NCBI GenBank assembly: GCA_977017645.1
Contig: OZ360240.1
Span: 6,014,001-6,078,000 of the forward strand
Direction of reading: 5' to 3'
Length of the DNA: 64,000 nt
Source: Torpedo marmorata
Lineage: Eukaryota
Shown here: positions 38,193-50,589 of the stretch, one piece after another
Numbering within the stretch: the first letter of the stretch is position 1
Layout of the letters: every line of letters starts with the position of its first letter
Notes under the pieces: generated by a model
What the model was told of the DNA's origin: nothing
The model's input: the letters and a program-made list of their open reading frames with translations, nothing else
Databases searched by the model: none
Made by a program: the position numbers and the translations under genes

Positions 38193-38931
38193 TATATTTA
38201 ACACCTAAAAAATTTAAGAAATTTAATCCGACATTATCAGGTTTATGTAATAAAGAGGAAGGTTCTTTCATACATTCTACATGGTTTTGTCCAAAAGTTT
38301 ATGATTTTTGGTTGAAAGTTAAAAAAAATTTAGATAAAGTATTTAAGATTACATTTCCAATGGATCCTATGATATTTTTGTTTGGAGATATTAGAAAACT
38401 TAGTATTAAGATGAAATTGAACATGAATCAAATAGAATTTCTGTGAATTGCTTTAGCTGTTTCAAAGAAATGTATTGCTATTACTTGGAAATCTGATCTA
38501 GATTTAGGGTTAGAAAGATGGCATGCAGAACTTCGTTCATGTATACCACTTGAAAAAATTACTTATAATTTACACAACAAATATCATTTCTTTTAAAAAA
38601 TATGGAGCCCATATATGAAAGCTGTCGGTTTAAGGATTTGAAGATCTCTGGACATCGGATCTACTGGCAAACCTGACCTCCATAATAGAATTAGTTTATA
38701 GATGTATTTTTTTTAGATTGACACTCTCCTTACTCTATCTTTTTCTTTCTTTTTTTATTTTATTTTTATTTTATTTTTTATTTTTATTTTATTAGATTAG
38801 TGGGGTTGGGAGGGTTGGGGAGGGGAGGGTGGGAGGGGGGTGAAAATGTATCACAAGTATTTTGATAATTTCATATTTTACCTTATGTATTCTGTGATTT
38901 AAAATTTTAAATAAAATATTTTTAAAAAAAG

Positions 38932-39432
38932 AATTACACTTCCAATGGATCCTATGATATTCTTATTTGGAGATATTAAAAGAATTAGTACCAAGATGAA
39001 ATTAAATATGTACCAAATAGAATTTTTGCGAATTGCTTTAGCTGTTTCTAAGAAATGTATTGATATTACATGGAAATCTGATGTAGATTTAGGGTTAGAT
39101 AGGTGGCATGCAGAACTTCATTCAGCTATACCACTTGAAAAAATTACTTATAATTTACGCAATAAATACCATTTCTTTTTGAAAATATGGAGCCCATATA
39201 TAAAAACGGTTGGTTTAAGGATTTGAAGATCTCTGGATATCAGATCTGACTGGTGAACCTATTTTCTACAATTTAGATTATAGTTGTTCTTTTTTTTTTA
39301 GATTGACATTCTCCTTATTTTATCTTTTTCTTTCTTTCTTTTCTATTAACTAGATTAGTAGGGCTGGGAGGGTTAGGGAGGGGAGGGAGGGTGGGGGGGG
39401 GAGAAAATGTATCACATGTATTTTGATAATTT
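38932..39432 (+). mobile_element. Second L1-like 3' fragment, in tandem
   Basis: ORF 38945..39226 (LEKITY...KIWSPY); 3' end cut where Gypsy-2 begins. Confidence 0.88.
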
Positions 39433-41897
39433 TGTCCATCCACCTGTTGCTCAAGTACTCCCGCGACTGCTGTGTTGGAGGCGTCTGTAGTGAGGGCGGT
39501 CGGGGCATCTGTCCGTGGGTGCACCAGAAGCGTGGCGTTGGCCAGGGCGTCTTTGGCCCTCTGAAACGCTTCTGATGCTTCATTGTCCCGTTCCACCTCT
39601 TTCTTTTTGCCGGCCATCAAGGCGAATAGCGGGCGCATGATGCGGGCTGCTGCCGGTATGAAACGGTGGTAAAAGTTGATCATACCAGCGAACTCCTGGA
39701 GGCCCTTCACCGTGTGTGGCTTGGTGAAGCGCCTGACAGCCTCTACCTTCTCAGGTAGTGGTGTCGTCCCGTGTTCATTAATTCTGTGGCCCAGGAAATC
39801 GATAGTCTCTAGCCCGAACTGGCATTTGACTGGGTTGATGGTCAGGCCGAAATCTCTGAGGCGGGAGCACAGCTGCCATATGTGCGCTGCATGTTCTTTG
39901 CGATTGCGGCTGGCCACCAGTATGTCATCGAGGTAGATGAATACGAAATCGAGATCCCGGCCCACCATGTCCATTATCCTCTGGAAAGTTTGAGCAGCGT
40001 TCTTTAGCCCGAACAAACCAAAGGGGGTTATGATGGCGGTTTTAGCTATGTCCTCAGGGTTGACTGGGATCTGGTGGTAGCCTCTGATGAGGTAAACCTT
40101 GGAGAAGACCCGTGCCTCCTGTAAGTTTGCGGTGAAGTCCTGTATGTGGGGCACTGGGTATCGGTCTGGCATGGTTGCCTGGTTCAGGCGCCGGTAGTCT
40201 CCGCACGGTCTCCAACCTCCTGCCGCCTTCGGAACCATGTGTAGGGGGGGGTGCCCAGGGGCTGTCGGACCTGTGCATGATCCCCAGCTCCTCCATCTTC
40301 ATGAACTCTTCTTTGTCTAAGCTCAGTTTATCGGGGGAGGCGGCGTGCCCTAGCGTGGAGGGGAGGGCCCACTGTGAGGATGTGGTGCTGCACCCCGTGT
40401 TTGGGCCCGGCGGAGGTGAACTGCGGTACTGCGATGGATGGGAATTCGGCAAGGATTCGCGTGAACTCGTTGCGGTCGGCGGTGACGGAATGGAGGTGGG
40501 GGGCAGGTAAACCGGCTTTCCCCAGGGGGAAGGACTGGAAGGTTTTGGCGTGGACTAGCCTTCACCCATTGAGATCTACCATCAGGCCATGTGCCCTGAC
40601 GAAATCCGCCCCTAGGAGCAGTCGTTCTACTGCGGCGAGTGTAAAGGACCGTGTGAACAGGCTGTTGCCGAAACAGAACGGTACGGTACACGTGCCGAAC
40701 GTCCTTATGGTGGAGCAGTTTGTTGCTCTCAAAGATGGGCAAGGCTGCTTGTTGCGGATGTCGTGTGCCGAGGAGGGAAGAACGCTGACTTCGGCTCCGG
40801 TGTCGACCAAGAACCGCCATCCAGACAGGGAATCCCACACGTTGAGCAGGCTGTCTTGTTGTCCAACCGCCATGGCCATTAACAACGGCCGGCCTTGGCG
40901 TTTCCCGGGAAAGCGCAGGGTGGGCGGCATCGGCGGGCCTCCGCACCCCATCACTGATGGTAGAAACAGCACTGCTCACCCGCAGAGTCCGTTTGCCTGT
41001 CGCGTGTGGCCGGTGGCCTTGTCGCTCGTTGTATGTGGGGCTTGGCGACGTGCTCCACCATGATGTCGGAGTGTCTCTGACTTCCAGAGCACGTTTGCCC
41101 AGGCTGCCACCTTCCTCGGGTCGCTGAAATCTTCGTCCACCAGCAGCAATCGGATATCCTCCGCCAATAGCTCTAAGAAAATCTGCTCGAAGAGCAGGCA
41201 AGGTGTATGGCCGTCGGCGAGCGCTAACATCTCGCCCATGAGGACGGATGGGGCCCTGTCCTCCTATCCGTCCATGTGCAACAATCGGGTCGCGCGCTTA
41301 CGCTTCAAGAGCCCGAAGGTGCGGGTTAGTAGCTCTTTAATGGCCTCATACTTCCCTTGCTCTGGTGGGTGCCGGAGGAAATCGACGATTCTGGCCACTG
41401 TGTCTTGATCCAGCGAGCTCACCACGTAGTAGTAGCGCGTGGCGTCGGAGGAGATCTGTCGAATCTGGAACTGAGCCTCGGCTTGCTCGAACCAGACCTG
41501 TGGCTGTGTTGTCCAGAAGGTCGGAGGCTTCAGGGCGACCGCGTGGATGCTTGCCTGGTCCATCGTCTTCGGGTCCAAAAACGCCGTTCAGACCCGTCGG
41601 GGACACCAATGTAGCGCGCTGCGGATGCTGCGTCGAAGAAACACCACTACATACGAGGTAAGCTCAAATAAGACTGATTTATTGAGGCTCTGGCTCTGCT
41701 TTTATAGGGCCAGCTACCCGGAGAGACCCGCCTCTTCCGGCCGAGATGATGTCACGGGCCGGCTGCCGATTGGTCGGTTTTCCCGCCGGTGCTGGAGCTG
41801 ATGCAAGAAGGCCATTTAGTCCGTGGCCTTGATGCAATCGCCGAGTTCAACCGCCATTTTGTGCAGCGGGTTGCCGATCGGCTCGCGGGCCGCTACA
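39433..41897 (-). mobile_element. Gypsy LTR retrotransposon 2 (5' LTR, gag, PR, RT; 3' part lost), inserted in the BEL RT
   Basis: LTR 41610..41897 (TGTAGCG...CGCTACA); PBS TGGTGTCCCCGACG (tRNA-Trp type, one mismatch); gag LKPPTFW..WFEQAEAQF; FLVDTGAE; [11 protein letters not shown]; YLDD. Confidence 0.93.
41610..41897 (-). repeat. 5' LTR of Gypsy-2
   Basis: 7-bp terminal IR; TATAAAA (~41700..41706) and AATAAA (~41678..41683) on the minus strand. Confidence 0.88.
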
Positions 41898-43026
41898 GAA
41901 CTGTCATTCTGTATTCTACCATGTTCTGACTGTAATCTCCATCAGGCCACCAAAGGAATCGTAACAAGTCACGGTCTTCTTTCGGTACTTTCAGCTGGTG
42001 GAACATTGCTTCAATGTCTGCAGTGATGACAAGAGGTTCTTTACTGAATCTAGTTAAGACTCCGATCAACGTACTGGTCAAGTCTGTAAGAACTGAGAGT
42101 TTAATGAAACTCCCCGAAAGGTTGCTACACAGTCAAACACCACTCGAAGTTTTTTCTTTTGTGGATGCAAAACCCCATGGTGTGGTAAATACCATTTTTT
42201 GCCATCACTACGTTCCAAGATATCATCTGGTACTTTCTCTGCATAACCTTTAAATATCATGTCAGACACGCAGTTGGTGTAGTCTGAATGAAAGGAAGAA
42301 TCTTTCTTGAATCTTCTCTTTAAATTCAGTGTACGTTGTTCGACAACGCTCCTATTATCAGGCATGCAAAATTCCCTTTTCTTTAAAGGTAATCCAATGT
42401 AATAATGATCATTAACTATCTTGGCAGATTTTGACACCAAATCCAAGAACTGCTGGTCTTCCTTTGAAGGTTCTTGGGCGTCCCTGAGGCACTCAAGAAA
42501 GTCAGTCTTGAACTGCTGCTCCCACAGCTCTTCAAGTTTAACAATCAATATCTTGTTGACACTTATAGCCGACTGGTCCTGATCCTCATTTCTTCCTCCT
42601 AATGGTCCATTAATCGTCCAACCAAGCATAGTTTTGACAGCGTAAGGTCCATCTCCCACACTCCTTATCATATCTAGTGGTTCCAGAGCTTTTGGTACAT
42701 CTGTACAAATCAGCAACTCTAGCTCAGAGTTGATTTTAGGTAAACGAACATTTTTCAAATGCATCCACGGTTCAATGTCGTTTTGATGTGGGATGTTTCC
42801 TTTATGCACAGGCATAGTTTTCTGAGTTTATACGCCTGGGAGTTCACAAAAATCGTTACTATCCAGCTTAGCGACCTCTAAGCCAAAAACAACGCTGGTT
42901 TCAATGATTTTAACTTGACCTATAGTTCTCAATAGAATTTTTGACTTTCTTCCTTGAAGATTAAGCTTATTCATTAGCCCCACAGTGCAAAATGACGCAG
43001 TGCTACCTGGGTCAAGAAATGCATAA

Positions 43027-44391
43027 CTGAAGAAGTTATTTATAAATGGGATTCTAAATTAATATCAACAAGAAAGAAAAATTCTCCTATTTTTAAACAT
43101 TTGTTAGAAATATGGAATAAGACGGATAAGGAAATAGGGGGAAGAACAATGATTTCTCCAAGGATGCCTTTATATCAAAATGGACTTATTCCATTTACTA
43201 TTAATAATCAATTATTTAAAATTTGGTTTCAAAAAGGAATTAAGAAAATTAATGACTGTCTTGAAGCTGGGAAATTCATTACTTTTCAAAGAATGAAGGA
43301 TAAATTTAATATATTAGATAATACACTTTTTGCTTATTATCAAATTAGAGCATTTCTGATTGAGAAATTAGGTTATAGTTTGATTTTACCAAGACAGAAT
43401 GAATTAGAATTATTAGATACTAAAGAAGATGTAAATAAATTTATTTCTCAAATGTATAAATTGTTTCAGAGGAAAACTTCTAAAGTAGGAATTCATAAAT
43501 CAAAATTAAAATGGGAATTAGATTTGAATGTAACAATAGATGAGAATCACTGGAAAGAATTATGTAAATTAAGTATGACGAAGATTATTAATGTTAGATA
43601 TAGATTAGTACAATATAATTTTTTTCATCAATTATATTTAACACCTAAAAAACTAAAGAAATTTAATCCGACATTATCAGGTTTATGTTTTAGATGTAAT
43701 AAAGAAGAGGTTCTTTTGTACATTCTACATGGTTTTGTCCAAAAGTTTATGATTTTTGGTTGAAAGTTAAAAAATTTTTAGATAAAGTATTTAAGATTAC
43801 ATTTCCAATGGATCCTATGATATTTTTGTTCGGAGATATTAGAAAATTTAGTATTAAGATGAAATTAAATATGTATCAAATAGAATTTTTGCAAATTGCT
43901 TTAGCTGTTTCAAAGAAATGCATTTCTATTACTTGGAAATCTGATTTAGATCTAGGATTAGAAAGATGGCATGCAGAACTTCGTTCGTGTATACCACTTG
44001 AAAAAATTACTTATAATTTACGTAATAAATACAATTTTTTCTTAAAAATTTGGAGCCCATATATGAAAGTTGTTGGTTTAAGAATTTGAAGACCTCTGGG
44101 TATCGGATCTTCTAGCATACCTGACCTCCACAATAGAATTAGTTTATAGATGTATGTTTTTTTAGATTGGCATCCTCCTTACTCTATCTTTTTCTTTCTT
44201 TTTTTTCTTTCTCTATTTTTATTTTATATATTTTTTTATATATTTTTTTATTTTTATTAGATTAGTGGGGTTGGGAGGGTTGGGGAGGGGAGGGTGGGTG
44301 AAAATGTATCACAAATATTTTGATAATTTCATATTTTATTTTATGTATTTTGTGATTTAAAATTTTAAATAAAATATATTAAAAAAAAAAA
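43027..44391 (+). mobile_element. L1-like LINE, 5'-truncated, inserted in the BEL protease
   Basis: 13-bp TSD AAGAAATGCATAA (43014..43026, 44392..44404); poly(A); CFRC knuckle region. Confidence 0.95.
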
Positions 44392-45865
44392 AAGAAATGC
44401 ATAAGTATGCACTATTGCACTCCCTTTCTTGGCCTTGACTTGCACAGGTACTATTAAAAGTTTGCAGATGTCCTCACTGGCCCCAGTAAGACCATTTGTC
44501 TGTACCGAGGCTACAGCACTGTTTTCATCTGCTTCTTTTCTTGCTGTTTGTTCCTTTTCCGTATTCTTCTATTTCTGGAAGAGCATTTTGGGATGCTTTA
44601 GACTGCATATGTCGCAGCTGAGTCGCTTTTTGCAGTTCTTGCTGATGTGTCCTTTACACATACAGCCAAAACATACTCCATTTTCCTTCAGAAAAGCAAT
44701 TTTCTCACTATGCGTTTTCTTTTCCAACTGTGCACAGATTTCCAAAGCATGTATATCTTTGCAGAACAAACATTTCTTCACAGCAAGCAAACTCTCCTTT
44801 TCCTTAGTTTCTTTATCAATTTTCTTATCTGCAACAATAACAGTGGTGGCAAATATACTTTTTTTCAATTTTGGATGAGGATGTGATTTGGACCTCTCAA
44901 CATCTTTGCTTACTGTCTGAGTGTCTTTGATATTTCCATACACTGGATTTGTGACAATGTCCACTTGCCCTTCAATGAACTCCACCAAATCCTTAAAAGT
45001 AGCCCTTTGATTGTATTTTTTCTGGTATTCAACAACTAAACCTCCATAGTTCTCTCATCCGGTAAGGTAATTTATTTAAAATGATTTGCATATTAGTAGA
45101 CATATCAAGCTCTTGTAGATAGTCGATCTCAGCCATGGCATTGCAACATCCTCTTAGAAAGAGGGCGTAAGCTTGTAGAACTTTCATGTCATCCGGTTTT
45201 ATTGACGACCATGAAAGAGCCTTCTGTATATAAGCTGGAGCAATTTTATGCTTGTTGCCAAAATGCTTCTTTAGTAAAGACTTAGCCCTTTTCAATCCTT
45301 CGTTCGGGGGCATATGATGGCAACTCCTTACGTTCTTGTGGTTGTCCGCTCGTGAACTGTTCCAAATAATAGACAATCCTCTGAGTTTTGGCTATTACTT
45401 TCAATACTGTGTTCAAAGTTTCTCATGAACGCTTGGAACTGAAGTGGATCACCATTAAAAACTTGAATCTCTCTCTTGGGCAGAGAAGAGAGAGACTGTA
45501 ACTGGATTAACGATGCAGCCATTTCATCTTGCCTTCTCATGCCTGAGCGTACATTGCTTTGTTCACCCTGATTTCTGATACCTGACTGGATCATCAAGTA
45601 ATCTGTACCGAGAGATTGGATTTGGCTCATATTTCTGTCTGCTGTGGTCATTGTTGGGGTTTGAGGATTGGCATTACCATGCCTTAACATGGTTTGTTCT
45701 GGTACATGCACGTCTTGTAACCATGGCACTGGCTCTGCCTTAGTATTAAATATTTTCTTTTTCTGTTGTTCTTCCTCAAAACATGACTCCATAACATTAG
45801 ACGCTTTAGATAAATTACTTCGAACATCAGATCCCTTTGAGGTTGTTAGTAACTTCATTTTAGCC

Positions 45866-46579
45866 TTAACAACAGTAAGGTTTTTCTTCCAACTCTATTT
45901 CCTCTCTTTTCCTCCTTAGCTGCTCCTCTTCCCTCCCTAGCTGCTCCTCCTGCAGCTCCTTTTCCATCCGTAGCTGCTCCCTTCTCTGCTCCTCTTCCCT
46001 CCGTAGCTGCTCCTCTTGTCTCCGTAGCTGCTCCCTTTTTCTCCTTAGCTGCTCCTCCTGCTCTTCCAAGGCAAATTTATTCTGAAGCAATTCTTGTTCT
46101 GCAACAAGAGCGACAACATCAGCCTGAACCTTTAAACGTGCAGATGCAGTACTTGAAGTACAGGAAACTCTGGAGCTTGCTCGAGAAGAACTTTCTTTGC
46201 TTCTCCTGCTTCCAGCATTTGACGCACTATCACTTGGTTGTATATCATCCTGAATGTCAGATGTTGCCTTAATATCTGGCTTTGTCTCCATTTTGATTTG
46301 CCAATCCTCCACCTCACCATCTTGTGACATACCTTCAGACATTTCCATGTGACTGATCTTAGATTCTGTTGATGTTTTTTGCAGAAATTCTGTGGAGTTT
46401 GTATTCCCAGCAGCCAAAACCTTCTCTGTTTCTTTTGCCTCTTTCAGTCTTGTAAAGAGAACAGCTTTGGCTCCACTTGTATCTAAGTGCCGCCATTGCA
46501 ATTCATCTCTAAGTTCCGTGACCTTCATCTCCTTGATACGTTGCTCCTCAGGGGCAACAGCTTCAGCGGCGGCTGCCAT
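45866..46579 (-). pseudogene. BEL Gag N-terminus: SAP domain, Ser-rich region and coiled coil
   Basis: IKEMKVTELRDELQWRHLDTSGAKAVLFTRLKEA fits the SAP pattern; PSDSAS..SS and an E/R/Q coil are typical of BEL gag. Confidence 0.8.
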
Positions 46580-46876
46580 TTTATCCTTATCTTTATCCTT
46601 ATCCATCCAGCTGATCGCCATTATCAGGCACCAAGCTTGCACAACAATAACTCCAAAACCAAAAACAGTCCCCAAAGGACAAGCGGCAGTTACTCCAAAC
46701 TGTGTTCCAAACTCGCAATCAAAACACAGAAGGAATCCACGTAAGGCTTACCGCTTCCGATGGCCTTGATGCTCCTGTTGACAATCGTGCATCCATGAGT
46801 TCAAAATGCTCTAAACAGAGCCCAATCGATCCAATCCAAATTCCAAATCCAATTTCCAACTTTCTATTGACTTAAT

Positions 46877-47376
46877 TGTAGCGACTACTTTCCATTATAG
46901 TCGCTTGGATGCTAAAATAATCTTGTAATCTATGACTCGTTCCAACAAATTTGTACTAAAGTTAAGTTGAGTTTTCCAAAGTTTATTAAACGATATTAAA
47001 CATTGTTAACGTTATTATAGGTTGCTAAACATTGTTACAAGTTGCTAAACATTGTTACAAGTTGCTAAACATTGTTACAAGTTGCTAAACTTTGTTACAA
47101 GTAGCTAAACATTGTTACAAGTTGCTAAACTTTGTTACAAGTAGCTAAACATTGTTACAAGTTGCTAAACAGTCAATAGAAAATGTTGCAAGAAGCTTTA
47201 ACATTCATTTCGTAGAACAAAAGAAAGAAACTAAAAATCTTATCTCCTAAGCAAGCAGAGAAAACTAGTTATGACCCTGAAGCAAAGGTGTTGCGAGGAG
47301 ACAGCATAAAAATAAGTTAAACAAAAAAAATAACCACAGACAAGTGGCAAGCATGAAACACATTTTAACCCCTACA
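46877..47376 (-). repeat. 5' LTR of the BEL element
   Basis: TGTAG...CTACA terminal IR; AATAAA on minus at 46982..46987. The partner LTR is lost, so the boundaries are inferred. Confidence 0.75.
47021..47170. repeat. 20-bp tandem repeat (GTTGCTAAACATTGTTACAA, ~7.5 copies) inside the BEL LTR
   Basis: Seen directly. Confidence 0.95.
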
Positions 47377-48151
47377 TATTTTTTTATTTGATGAAAGACT
47401 AATAGATCAGAAATAATAACTTCATTTCTCTTCCCACCAATGCTACCTGGCTCAGATACTTCAAACACAGTCCTCCGTCCAGATTTCCCATATCTGGTTC
47501 ATTTTAGAACAAAGGGAAATTCTTGTTAAGGCACTGCAACAATATACATTTATATAATGACTTTAATGTCATGAATATACACTATACTTAGATGCAAGTC
47601 TTTATCATGACATTAATTTTAACTGTGTTGGTGCCAATTAAGCAGCCAAGTACCAAGGATGTGAGGGAATATGAACAAAAAAAAAAGCAGAGATGGTAGT
47701 ATTTCTACTTTTCCTCTGCACATTGTCTATTTATGTCATTTTCTAATGACTAAAGGTATAGACCATGGGTGAGAAACTGATCCCAAGCTCTTTTTAAAAA
47801 AAACCAAACCATTTATGATGATCACCAGGGCATAAATCAGTGGGGCTAGGAGCAGAAAATCTTGTGCCCATCTTTGGGTGCATTTGCTTCCAACAGGTAA
47901 TTTGCCCCTTCAGTTTCCTGTGGGATATTTTTCTTTCTGACAACTTCTTTCCACTTAAAACTCCCCAATGTTGACAGTATTGCAACACAAAATATAACAG
48001 CAGATTTTTAAATTTCACTAGTCCAAAGTAAAATGAGAGTTCTTATTCCCACACAGAATCACCATGATTTATGAACCAGTTCACTTTAAACTATGCAATC
48101 AATTCCAAAGGGCCAACAAACAAACTACATTAAGAAACACAAAAGCTGCAG

Positions 48152-49192
48152 ATCAGAATCAGAATTTATTGTCATGAACAGGTCATGAAATTCGGTGTTT
48201 TGCGGCAGCATCATAGTGCAAACATTCATATTATAAACATCTATGACATTACTATTAAAAAATATAAATAATAGTGCACAAAAAGTAAGACAGTGTCTTT
48301 GGTTCATTGATTATTCAGGAATCTGATGGCAGTGGAGAAGAAACTGTCTTTGTGCCGTTGAGTGCTCGTCTTTAGGCTCCTGTACCTTTTTCCCGATGGT
48401 AGCAGAGTGAAGAGGGCATGGCCTGGGTGATGGGGGTCTTTGAGGATAGAGGCTGCTTTTTTTAAGACACCGCCTCATGTAGATGTCCTCGATGGAGTGA
48501 AGTCTAGTGCCTGTGATGTCGCAGGCCGAGTTAACAACCCTCTGGAGTTTATTCTTGTCCTGAGAGTTGGCTCCTCCATGCCAGGCAGTGATGCAACCAG
48601 CCAGAATGCTCTCCACGGTACACCTGTGGAAGTTTACGAGAGTCTTCGGTGAAATACCGAATCTCCTCAGACACCTCACAAAGTATAGCTGCTGGCGAGC
48701 CTTCTTTGTGATTGCATCAATGTGGAGGCTCCAGGACAGATCCTCGGAGATGTTGACACCCAGGAATTTGAAGTTCTTGACTCTCTCCACTACTGAGCCC
48801 TTGGTGAGGACTGGGTCGTGTTCCCCTGACTTCCTCCTGAAGTCCACAATCATCTCCTTGGTTTTGCTGACATTGAGCGCAAGGTTGCTGTCGTTACACC
48901 ATTCAACGAGCTGATCTATCTCCCTCCTGTACGCTTCCTCATTGCCGTTTGTGATTCTGCCGACAACTGTGGTGTCATCGGCAATCTTGTAGATGGCATT
49001 GGAATTGTGCCTGGCCACACAGACATGGGGGTGCGCCTGTGTTGATAATCAGTGAGGAGGAGACGTGGTTTCCAATTCGTATTGACTGTGGTCTTCCGAT
49101 GAGAAAGTCAAGGATCCAGTTGCAGAGGGGGGTACAGAGGCCTAGAGTTTGTAGCTTCTTGACCAGCACTGAGGGAATAATGGTATTGAAGG
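48152..49192 (-). mobile_element. Rex1/Babar LINE, left arm of a head-to-head pair
   Basis: ORF 48311..49018; ATTCTG tail at the left. Confidence 0.92.
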
Positions 49193-50589
49193 TATTGCGG
49201 CAGTCAGAGGTTCCCACCTGCTTCAAAAGGGCATCAATCATCCCGGTACCCAAGAAGAGTAGTGTGGGCTGCGTCAACGACTACCGCCCAGTAGCACTAA
49301 CATCTACTGTGATGAAATGCTTTGAGAGGCTGGTCATGGCCAGAATTAACACGTACCTAAGCAAAGATCTGCACCCACTGCAATTCGCCTATCGTCACAA
49401 TCGCTCCACAGCAGATGCAATATCGCTGGCTCTCCACTCAGCTCTGGATCACCTCAAAAACAGCAATTCATACATACGGCTGCTCTTCATCGACTACAGC
49501 TCGGCCTTCAATACCATTATTCCCTCAGCGCTGGTCAAGAAGCTACAAACTCTAGGCCTCTGTACCCCACTCTGCAACTGGATCCTTGACTTTCTCATCG
49601 GAAGACCACAGTCAGTACGAATTGGAAACAACGTCTCCTCCTCACTGATTACCAACACAGGCGCACCCCAAGGATGCGTGCTTAGTCCACTGCTCTACTC
49701 GTTATACACCCATGACTGTGTGGCCAGGCACAATTCCAATGCCATCTACAAGTTTGCCGATGACACCACAGTTGTCGGCAGAATCACAAAAGGCAATGAG
49801 GAAGCGTACAAGAGGGAGATAGATCAGCTCGTTGAATGGTGTAACGACAACAGCCTTGAGCTCAACGTCAGCAAAACCAAGGAGATGATTGTGGACTTCA
49901 GGAGGAAGTCAGGGGAACACGACCCAGTCCTCACCAAGGGCTCAGTAGTGGAGAGGATCAAGAACTTCAAATTCCTGGGTGTCAACATCTCCGAGGGTCA
50001 GTCCTGGAGCCTCCACGTTGATGCAATCACAAAGAAGGCTCGTCAGCGGCTATACTTTGTGAGGTGTCTGAGGAGATTCAGTATGTCACCGAAGCCTCTC
50101 GTAAACTTCTACAGGTTTACCGTGGAGAGCATTCTGGCTGGTTGCATCACTGCCTGGTATGGAGGTGCCAACTCACAGGACAAGAGTAAACTCCAGAGGG
50201 TTGTTAACTCGGCCTGTGACATCACAGGCACCAAAATTCACTCTATCGAGGACATCTACATGAGGTGGTGTCTTAAAAAAGCAGCCTCTATCCTCAAACA
50301 CCCCCACCATCCAGGCCATGCCCTCTTCACTCTGCTACCATCGGGAAATAGGTACAGGAGCCTAAAGATGAGCACCCAACGGCACAAGGACAGCTTCTTC
50401 CCCGCTACCATCAGATTCCTGAATAACCAATGAACCAAAGACACTGCCTTACTTTTCGTGCACTACTATTTATAATTTTTTATAGTAATGTCGTAAGATG
50501 GTTATAATATGAATGTTAATTGCACTATGATGCTGCCGCAAAACACCGAATTTCATGACTTGTTCATGACAATAAATTCTGATTCTGAT
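49193..50589 (+). mobile_element. Rex1/Babar LINE, right arm of a head-to-head pair
   Basis: Uninterrupted RT frame to 50433 ([24 protein letters not shown]); ATTCTG tail at the right. Confidence 0.94.

Larger units (their letters stand above)
36925..38930 (+). mobile_element. L1-like LINE 3' fragment interrupted by a DNA element
   Basis: Matches 43525..44391; ends with AATAAA and an A-run. Confidence 0.88.
41898..47376 (-). mobile_element. BEL/Pao LTR retrotransposon (5' LTR, gag, PR, part of RT)
   Basis: LPKREIQVFNGDP gag motif, three Cys/His knuckles (44569..44988), TYAFLDPGS protease, WYLPHHGV..KLRVVFDC, ADIEAMFHQ. Confidence 0.93.

Noticed and set aside
40350-41201. Alternative-frame ORFs over Gypsy-2
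   Set aside because: Shadow frames of a GC-rich, frameshifted gag-pol.
47021-47170. CRISPR-like array
   Set aside because: Head-to-tail repeat without spacers, inside a eukaryotic LTR.
49039-49192. N-terminal extension of the 464-aa ORF
   Set aside because: It reads the antisense strand of the left LINE arm; the frame is open by chance across the junction.
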